A stretch of 24,000 nucleotides of DNA from Lysobacterales bacterium (lineage in GTDB: Bacteria > Pseudomonadota > Gammaproteobacteria > Xanthomonadales > Ahniellaceae), in NCBI GenBank assembly GCA_050173995.1, contig JBFXKH010000025.1:5349-29348 (forward strand). The letters run 5' to 3'. Both the position numbers and the translations under genes were made by a program. Positions within the stretch are counted from its first letter, which is position 1. Each line of letters opens with the position of its first letter. The notes below the pieces were generated by a model that saw only the letters and a list, made by a program, of their open reading frames with translations, searched no databases and was not told the DNA's origin. This document shows positions 16,226 to 21,958 of the stretch, one piece after another.

Positions 16226-16636
16226 CGCCGGCTCGACCCGATTCCACCGTTCCGGCCAAAACGTGGTTGTCCAACTGCCGTCTGTTGTCCGACTGCCGTC
16301 CTCCGACTGCCGACTGCCGTCCCGCCAACTGCCGTCCTCCATCGATCCAAGGGCCGCGGTATGATTTTGGCTGCACGGCCGCTGACTTGGGGTTTGGTAT
16401 TTTTCGCGGCTGGTTCGATCTTCCGTCCAAGCCGACACCGCTTCACGGCACGGTCCACTTCAGGCGTTTGCCACCACCATGCAGGTCTCCGGCATCTGTC
16501 ATTTCAATCTGCGCGCCCCGCGCGAGCTGCTCGATGCTTTGCGCGATTTCTACTGCGACATTGTTGGCCTTTCGGTTGGCGCTCGCCCGGCGTTCTCCAG
16601 CTTCGGCTACTGGCTCTACGCCGGCAGCAAGGATGT
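16201..16636 (+). repeat. direct repeat copy B (~436 bp)
   Basis: Partner of 15041-15436. It contains a longer heptamer run (16270-16345), attC-like element B, and the 5' end of the intact VOC gene. Confidence 0.8.
16412..16472 (+). repeat. degenerate attC-like element B
   Basis: ggttcgatcttccgtcCAAGCCGACACCGCTTCACGGCACGGTCCACTTCAGGC GTTTGCC, which ends 6 nt before the VOC ATG. Confidence 0.4.
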
Positions 16637-16889
16637 CCTTCATCTCACCGAGGCGCGGCCAGGCGAGCAGCGCTGCACGGGCCGTGCCGCAACTTTCGAT
16701 CATGTTGCGTTCGCCTGCACCGATGCTGCCGCCTACCGGGTCAGGCTGCAGGCAGCCGGCATCGCCTTCACCACCGATACCGTTCCAGGCACGGGCCAAC
16801 TGCAGATGTTCTTCACCGATCCCGCCGGCAATGGCGTCGAAATCAATTTCGCCGGGTCGGCTGACGCCTCCGTCAGAGCAACCGTGTAG
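16479..16889 (+). CDS. VOC family protein (glyoxalase/bleomycin-resistance/dioxygenase fold)
   Basis: 136 aa. ICHFNLRAPRELLDALRDFYCDIVGL...FDHVAFAC.D......RL...GI.F........G..QMFFTDPAGNGVEINF is the typical paired beta-alpha-beta-beta-beta VOC pattern. Confidence 0.85.
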   Translation: MQVSGICHFNLRAPRELLDALRDFYCDIVGLSVGARPAFSSFGYWLYAGSKDVLHLTEARPGEQRCTGRAATFDHVAFACTDAAAYRVRLQAAGIAFTTDTVPGTGQLQMFFTDPAGNGVEINFAGSADASVRATV

Positions 16890-17292
16890 GCGGGCGAGGC
16901 GCGTCGGGACGGGTCGGCTGCAACGGATGGCTGGCCGCCTGCCGCGCCAGCACGAAGCCCTCGCCGGATTCGGAATTCACTGGCAACAGCGCACGAGCCG
17001 CGAGCACTTGCGCGACAAGAATGTTTGGAATGGCGGCGCGGCCTTGCCGCCACGGCTTGGCAAGCGTGGGCGGGAGCCAGGTAACCTTTGGCGCAAGAGC
17101 GAGCTGATCGAGTTCAAGTGCAAGCGGTTGCTCGTCGGCGGAGAAGAACGCCGAAGCAACCTGCGCACTGTCGTCGGCAGCGTTGACGTGGACACAGTCA
17201 TCACGACGGTCAGCGGCGCAGCGCGGTAGCACCCCGGTTGCGAGTGCAACCTGCCAATCGGAAAGCGATGTAATGCGAAAAATCGAAGACAT
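16873..17292 (-). CDS. DUF952-like protein
   Basis: MSSIFRITSLSDWQVALATG....CVHVNAADDSAQVASAFF....PLALELD resembles the DUF952 pattern (I-x-H/R-I...W...G...FIH-S...Q......F). The 3' end overlaps the convergent VOC gene by 17 nt, and the C-terminal extension may be spurious. Confidence 0.5.
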   Translation of the reverse strand: MSSIFRITSLSDWQVALATGVLPRCAADRRDDCVHVNAADDSAQVASAFFSADEQPLALELDQLALAPKVTWLPPTLAKPWRQGRAAIPNILVAQVLAARALLPVNSESGEGFVLARQAASHPLQPTRPDAPRPPTRLL

Positions 17293-17304
17293 GGGATGCG
17301 CGGC

Positions 17305-18144
17305 CTAATGTCTAATCGCAGCGGTGGGTTTGCCAGAGCATCGTACTGCAAGCGCGCCGGTCTTCTGGACCTGCCCTGGTGGCCCACACCGGCCGTCGTC
17401 GAGGAATTGCGAGATCAGCGTGCCGATCCTGGACTGTAGCTCGGTGGGGCCATGGTCGTTCATGTCGTTATGACGGGCGCCGGCGATTGCCGTGATACAC
17501 GTGCCGGCATTCGCTTCCTGCGCTGTGGGTAGAACACCAGGGTCCGCCTCGAAGTCGCTGCCACGAATCGACAGGACTTTGATCGACCGGCTCCGGGGAA
17601 GCGGGTATCTGCGATGGTCGAGCGTGACCAGCGCCGTCGCAAGCGCAGGAGACCGATGTACGAAAAGGGCCGAAATGTCTCCCCCGTTCGAGTGGCCGAC
17701 CAGCGTTAACCGAGACCAGTCAAAGCCAGTGTGTGTACGGGACAGGGCGTCACGCACGAAGTGAAGATTCTCGACGCCACGATGCCACGCCGGCATGCGA
17801 CTGGCGAATAGGTCGCCGGACCTGCTTAGCGGGGCGTCGGTAGGCAGGTCGTGTTGAATGGCCACAACCAGGTAGCCAGATCGTGCCAGTGTGGCGGCGA
17901 CAAACGAGTAGTCAGTGTGGCGCAGGCCATAGCCAGGGCTTAGCAAAGCGACCGGGCATGGCCTGTCACGGATGCAGTCGTGCGGACGCGCCGGGAAATA
18001 AACTGCGATCGGAATGTGCCGGTCACGGCTTGCATCCCATAGCTCGGCCGACTCGGTAAGTCTTGAACCGCCCGCAGCTGTGGTTGCGCAGGCCACCAAA
18101 GCGACCAGCACCAGCAGTGTCGCAAATCTCATCAGTGCTTTCAT
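17305..18144 (-). CDS. alpha/beta hydrolase lipoprotein
   Basis: The signal peptide has a lipobox (LLVLVALVAC). The nucleophile elbow is LVGHSNGG, and a late ARHNDM supplies a probable catalytic His. 279 aa. Confidence 0.8.
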   Translation of the reverse strand: MKALMRFATLLVLVALVACATTAAGGSRLTESAELWDASRDRHIPIAVYFPARPHDCIRDRPCPVALLSPGYGLRHTDYSFVAATLARSGYLVVAIQHDLPTDAPLSRSGDLFASRMPAWHRGVENLHFVRDALSRTHTGFDWSRLTLVGHSNGGDISALFVHRSPALATALVTLDHRRYPLPRSRSIKVLSIRGSDFEADPGVLPTAQEANAGTCITAIAGARHNDMNDHGPTELQSRIGTLISQFLDDGRCGPPGQVQKTGALAVRCSGKPTAAIRH

Positions 18145-18171
18145 GGGGGCTGAGAGTTGAAGTTTTGTCGC

Positions 18172-18516
18172 TCAGGGCGACAACGCCAGCACCAGCCGCA
18201 GGCCTTCATCGACTTGTGACATGGCCTTGCCGGAGAGCGACCTGACTTTGGACGCGAGCAAAGCGCGATCCAAGGTGATGAGTTGCGAGACGTTGATTAC
18301 CGAGGCTCTCGGCAACCCCGATTCGGACCTGGCCAAACGCACATTGCCCGGTGCCGCTGCCAAGGCCAGGTTGGACGTGACGACAGCCACGATGACGGTC
18401 CCTATGCGACTTTCATTGAATGCCTGCGATTGCACAACCAGCACCGGACGTCGGAAGCCTGGATCGGAGCCGGTAGCTGCAGGCAGCGACGCCCACCACA
18501 ACTCACCACGCTTCAT
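18172..18516 (-). CDS. mazF: MazF/PemK-family toxin endoribonuclease
   Basis: MKRGELWWASLPAATGSDPGFRRPVLVVQSQAFNESRIGTVIVAVVTSNLALAAAPGNVRL....GLPRASVINVSQLITLDRALL is the canonical PemK/MazF pattern. ATG at 18516; the track's TTG at 18522 is less likely. Confidence 0.88.
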   Translation of the reverse strand: MKRGELWWASLPAATGSDPGFRRPVLVVQSQAFNESRIGTVIVAVVTSNLALAAAPGNVRLARSESGLPRASVINVSQLITLDRALLASKVRSLSGKAMSQVDEGLRLVLALSP

Positions 18517-18531
18517 CTGCAACCGAACTCG

Positions 18532-18870
18532 TCAGGCTGCATCTGCGGGCGTGCGCAAGAACCCCACTGCAATGGCAAAGACCACGGTCAACAGCAGTAC
18601 CTCGGCCAACCCGGCGCCAGCCACCAGCAGAAGCGTTCTCGCTTCCTCCTCCGCGACTATCGATAGTTTCGTCAGCTCCTCAATCCCAACCAAGATAAGA
18701 AACAGCAGAACGTATAGCAACACGGGGATGATCGAATAAAAGAAGAACAACCAAGCTGCCTTGAATCTGCGCATCACGCCGCTGCGCACTTGTCCGATCT
18801 GTCGCGCGAAGACGCCGACCGGCACCAGGATGATCGACCAGAATAGCAGCGACAGCAAATGCTCTCTCAT
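18532..18870 (-). CDS. hypothetical 112-aa membrane protein with three predicted TM helices, in the antitoxin position upstream of mazF
   Basis: ATG at 18870 lies 4 nt after AGGAGG. The hydrophobic segments are LLSLLFWSIILVPVGVFA, AAWLFFFYSIIPVLLYVLLFLILVGI and TLLLVAGAGLAEVLLLTVVFAIAVGFL. Its stop lies 15 nt before the mazF ATG. Local GC is lower than the flanks. Confidence 0.6.
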   Translation of the reverse strand: MREHLLSLLFWSIILVPVGVFARQIGQVRSGVMRRFKAAWLFFFYSIIPVLLYVLLFLILVGIEELTKLSIVAEEEARTLLLVAGAGLAEVLLLTVVFAIAVGFLRTPADAA

Positions 18871-18905
18871 CCGGCCTCCTGGGTACACCAAGTAGTGGCT
18901 TCGCA

Positions 18906-18958
18906 GCCCGACGCCTGAGCCAAGCCGCGAAGCGGCTGCGGCTTGAATGAACCGCTGG
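18906..18958 (-). repeat. attC-like element in reverse orientation
   Basis: The minus strand reads ccagcggTTCATTCAAGCCGCAGCCGCTTCGCGGCTTGGCTCAGGC GTCGGGC, which parallels attC 3 (..GTCATTCAAGCCGACGCCGCTTCGCGGCGCGGCTTAATTCAGGC GTTAGGC). The boxes are degenerate. Confidence 0.4.
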
Positions 18959-19146
18959 ACGAAGCCGCTACGCGGACAAAGCCCCACTGCGGCGCCTGTG
19001 CGGCGAGGATGATACCTCTCCCCCACGGCCGATGGCTGGCCAAGGCAACAACGGATGGGGCGATCGGCGGAACCCGGCTGCGCTGGCGTTGGCTGTGCCC
19101 AGGTGCGGACCTTTGGAGTGCGGCGCTACGCGCCGCTTTGGATGCT
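18957..19146 (+). repeat. ~190-bp dispersed element, copy 2
   Basis: Partner of 16034-16225. Its 3' part forms the left arm of the 19111-19204 palindrome. Confidence 0.55.
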
Positions 19147-19204
19147 CTACTGGCAGCGACTGACGCAAAGCATCCAAAGCGGCGCCGAGCGCCGCACGCC
19201 AAAA
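19111..19204. repeat. long imperfect palindrome (~36-bp arms, 22-nt loop)
   Basis: A perfect 17-bp core pairs GCGCCGCTTTGGATGCT (19130-19146) with AGCATCCAAAGCGGCGC (19169-19185). The arms extend through gtgcggcgct/agcgccgcac (19118-19127 / 19188-19197) and ctttgg/ccaaa, with small bulges. Confidence 0.8.
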
Positions 19205-19367
19205 TACCCGCCGGTGCCGATGGGCTCGAACACATCGGCACCGCGCTCGATGTGGGCCATTGCGGCGGTCTGGTCGCTGCATGTGCCATGCCCGACCAGG
19301 CCAGCTGTGGGCCTGTGTGAGTGCCCGCAGTGCCCCAATCAACGACCACACCACCAACCTACGGTCC

Positions 19368-19389
19368 GGATCGTGGCCGCGCACGATCC
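19368..19389 (-). terminator. candidate stem-loop downstream of the XRE gene
   Basis: GGATCGTG-gccgcg-CACGATCC lies 12 nt past the stop codon. There is no U-tract, so function is uncertain. Confidence 0.25.
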
Positions 19390-19400
19390 AAGCCTATTCG

Positions 19401-19655
19401 TCAGGCGGCTGAATCCAGTTGCCAGCCGGGAAAAGCAAGAACCGCCGGGTGGCAATGCAGCGCAGCGCCCAACACCTTGGCACGCTCTACGCCCAAATTG
19501 ACCCGACCCGTTTCGATGCTGGAGATGGTTGTTTGTGGGATGCCGCAAAGCGCGGACAGTTCATTCTGGCTGAGCCCCTGCAGTTCGCGAATGATGCGAA
19601 CGGACTCGCCAGGCGTAACGTCGACGCGCTTTTTGGCTGGAATTGGTTTGCTCAT
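19401..19655 (-). CDS. XRE-family helix-turn-helix protein (HigA-like antitoxin/regulator)
   Basis: ATG at 19655 lies 7 nt after GGAGG. IRELQGLSQNELSALCGIPQTTISSIETGRVNLGVERAKVLGAAL is a canonical XRE HTH. 84 aa. Confidence 0.8.
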   Translation of the reverse strand: MSKPIPAKKRVDVTPGESVRIIRELQGLSQNELSALCGIPQTTISSIETGRVNLGVERAKVLGAALHCHPAVLAFPGWQLDSAA

Positions 19656-19656
19656 T

Positions 19657-19842
19657 TCAGCGCCTCCGATAGTCATGAGCTGTGACACGCGCTACTTGAA
19701 CGACCATGACGCCAGCCTTGATCCGGAGGCTTGCGATGCTGCGATCAATGCGCTTGATTTGTCGAAGCGCTGATGAGCGCTGGACCCCCACATAGCGCGT
19801 CGCGTCGGTTTCCGGAAGACGCGCACCACTCTCGTCACCCAT
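19657..19842 (-). CDS. hypothetical 61-aa ORF translationally abutting the XRE gene (possible small toxin or decayed RelE/HigB-like gene)
   Basis: Its stop TGA ends 1 nt before the XRE ATG. The segment SSALRQIKRIDRSIASLRI loosely recalls the N-terminal A-x-K-x-L-K-K-L-D helix of RelE/ParE toxins. The ORF is too short for a full RelE fold. Confidence 0.3.
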   Translation of the reverse strand: MGDESGARLPETDATRYVGVQRSSALRQIKRIDRSIASLRIKAGVMVVQVARVTAHDYRRR

Positions 19843-19867
19843 GCCGACCTCGCGTTGTCTTTAGCTG

Positions 19868-20476
19868 TTACCGTTGTGCATACCGAGTGGCCAACGCGCA
19901 TAAATGTTTGCGTGTGCGCGCAAGACTCGGGGAACGTTGCGCCGCCCGAGTCGGGGACCACTGGGTACGAACCATCTCGCAAAGTCTGGCGTTATATCCC
20001 AGCCCCTGCGAGGCAATGGCGTTTCGTCGCACCACTAAATCTTCGCGTACTGCACGATGCGCCTTTTCCGCGATTCCCAACAATGTTCGTTTCGGGTCGC
20101 TCAGGCCATCGGGATTCTCGGGCAGGGAGCGGATACGCGTTCCCATCAGGGTGCGCAACCCCTCGTGATCGGCAATGATCCATGACTCGATTTCCCGCAC
20201 TGCCACCCTGAACACCAGTCCTGCTGGCTGCGCAATATCTTGCAGCCAATTGGCAATCAGTGTCGGCGCACATTTGGATTGGTCGAGATCGGTGATAAGG
20301 AACACGGGTTCATGCGCTGCCATCCGACAGAAGTTTCCGATGCGGCTCCGCAGGTACCCCGATCCACCTCGTCGAAGGCATTGGTGCGCGTGCAACCCCA
20401 CTTCAGCGGCGAGACAAAGCCCCACCTGCTCGCTGAGCTCATCTTCGGTTGCGAGCGTGATCCCACTCACTGCCAC
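19868..20476 (-). CDS. DUF4276-like protein (Toprim-like fold, putative nuclease partner of the ATPase)
   Basis: About 200 aa. The motifs ITLATEDELSEQV (acidic N-terminal strand), PVFLITDLDQSKCAPTL (DxD-like), FRVAVREIESWIIADHEGL and NPDGLSDPKRTLL match my recollection of DUF4276 proteins. The GTG start at 20476 or 20470 overlaps the ATPase stop by 10 or 4 nt. Confidence 0.65.
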   Translation of the reverse strand: MAVSGITLATEDELSEQVGLCLAAEVGLHAHQCLRRGGSGYLRSRIGNFCRMAAHEPVFLITDLDQSKCAPTLIANWLQDIAQPAGLVFRVAVREIESWIIADHEGLRTLMGTRIRSLPENPDGLSDPKRTLLGIAEKAHRAVREDLVVRRNAIASQGLGYNARLCEMVRTQWSPTRAAQRSPSLARTRKHLCALATRYAQR

Positions 20477-21630
20477 AGCCCCAGCTGCGCTGCCGCGCTG
20501 GGACGGGCCTTTGGAAGCACTACTTCGGCAACAGACAGCCCGCTCAGCAACGCGCTGCTTTCCCTTTCGTCAAGGACGCGCACAACAGTTCCCTCGGGCG
20601 CCGCCACCAGCAACAGGACGCCGCGTCCATCTATGCCCGGATTGCTCAGCAATGCCTCACTGTGCGTACTGATAAAAACCTGCCTCGAACGGCGTTTTTT
20701 ATCGCGCTGAATTCGTTGCAGCAGAAGTGGGATTTGGCGAACGATTGCATCATTCAGCGACAACTCGGGCTCTTCGAGGAGCAACAGAGAGTCCCCTTCG
20801 AGGAGCACCCACAACAATCCAAGGAGGCGCAAAGTTCCGTCCGAGAAGTGTTCCTCGCGCTGCCAGCCTGCGTTGGGCCGATGGTGTGCGTAACGGGCCT
20901 CCAAGTGTGGCCTTCCGCTAACTTTATCCGGTGTGAATCGAAGTTCTACGAATTGCGGGACGGCCAGTTTCAAGGCTTGCCCGATCTTCTTCAAGCGCGA
21001 CTCGCGCGCGCGATCCTGGGTCTTGGCAACACGCTCCAAGAAGCCTTGGCCGAACGGATCATCCTCGAGTAATTTTCCACCGAGCTGATCGGCGTACTTG
21101 AGTAACTGCGGGACTAGATGAAGATATGTTGCCTCGCCAAAAAATTCGGCAATTGCTCGAAACTTCGCGTTTGCCTGGATCTGCTCCAACGCGGTCTGTG
21201 TCAGCCGCATTGGATCCTTCTTGTCGGTCTTCGGGTTAGGCCGATCCAGCAGGAGCTTGCCACCGCGAAAGACTTGCTCAACGGAGATGAGAGTGCGCTG
21301 CGCGCCCTTTCCCTCAGGCTTGAATCCCAACACATATCGCCACGTCTCGGCCCCATCCTCAGCGCTGTCGGCAAGATCCACCTCGATCCGAACTTCGGGA
21401 TCTTTGCGCGCATGCAGGCAACGTAGTTTTTGGATTCCACCTCGATCATGGATCGCTTTTTGCAATCCACCACCATGCGGCTTGCAAACATCGCGCAGGA
21501 ATCGGAATACATCCAAAAAATTGGACTTGCCCGACGCATTTGCCCCAAGCAGGTACGTGCGCTCATGCAGCGGCACGTCCACGGCGCGAAAGTTGCGCCA
21601 GTTCTTGAGCTTGAGATGGGTCACTATCAT
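20467..21630 (-). CDS. ABC-type AAA ATPase (AAA_15/AAA_21-like, OLD/AriA/GajA/PtuA-type head)
   Basis: MIVTHLKLKNWRNFRAVDVPLHERTYLLGANASGKSNFLDVFRFL contains Walker A. FSDGTLRLLGLLWVL is signature-like, DSLLLLEEPELSLN is Walker B, and VFISTHSEALL is the H-loop. GGAG lies 10 nt upstream of the ATG at 21630. Confidence 0.85.
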   Translation of the reverse strand: MIVTHLKLKNWRNFRAVDVPLHERTYLLGANASGKSNFLDVFRFLRDVCKPHGGGLQKAIHDRGGIQKLRCLHARKDPEVRIEVDLADSAEDGAETWRYVLGFKPEGKGAQRTLISVEQVFRGGKLLLDRPNPKTDKKDPMRLTQTALEQIQANAKFRAIAEFFGEATYLHLVPQLLKYADQLGGKLLEDDPFGQGFLERVAKTQDRARESRLKKIGQALKLAVPQFVELRFTPDKVSGRPHLEARYAHHRPNAGWQREEHFSDGTLRLLGLLWVLLEGDSLLLLEEPELSLNDAIVRQIPLLLQRIQRDKKRRSRQVFISTHSEALLSNPGIDGRGVLLLVAAPEGTVVRVLDERESSALLSGLSVAEVVLPKARPSAAAQLGLWQ

Positions 21631-21772
21631 GATAAACGTCTCCGAGCGAGTGCTGCTCGCTCGCTATGGGCTGCTTTAGGTGTCCAAAATTACCGCCAAC
21701 CTGCAGACATTCATCCAGCACCGTAGCGCAACCGGAAGAACGGTTGCAATGCGACCCTGGCGGGCTGAACCA

Positions 21773-21794
21773 ATCCATCCATATGGAGTTGGAT
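21773..21794. promoter_or_regulatory. palindromic candidate operator upstream of the ATPase operon
   Basis: ATCCA TCCATATGGA gt TGGAT. The central 10-bp TCCATATGGA (21778-21787) is a perfect palindrome and lies ~145-165 nt upstream of the ATPase ATG in an otherwise GC-rich spacer. Confidence 0.2.
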
Positions 21795-21958
21795 CTGGGG
21801 ATTGTAGGCCCGATCGCCTTGCGTGCGCGAGCCTGGCGGCGGCACAGGCCAGCGCAGATGCTGGGGTTCGCTGCGCTTACCGCCAGCCTACGTTTATCCG
21901 GACGGTCGCAGGCCGAACCGGGCGGTGGCGAGGTGTGACAGCACGTTATCGGTGGCGG

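Larger units (their letters stand above)
12699..16890 (+). mobile_element. integron-type gene cassette array without intact integrase (CALIN-like)
   Basis: There are three canonical attC sites and two degenerate ones, all in the same orientation. GC drops between ~12.9 and 14.8 kb. Each spacer holds 1-2 ORFs, and ORF stop codons are embedded in attC R'' boxes. Both the left and right ends are uncertain. Confidence 0.75.

Noticed and set aside
15962-17229. ORFs 15962-16438 (minus), 16060-16458 (minus) and 16141-17229 (plus) across the repeat region
   Set aside because: They run through heptamer arrays and attC-like elements, or out of frame over the VOC and DUF952 genes. The peptide repeats they encode mirror nucleotide repeats.
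19692-19982. 96-aa minus-strand ORF as the HigB-like toxin for the XRE antitoxin
   Set aside because: It overlaps the 3' end of the DUF4276 gene by ~115 nt in another frame. It has no RelE/HigB motifs and does not abut the XRE start as neatly as the 61-aa ORF does.
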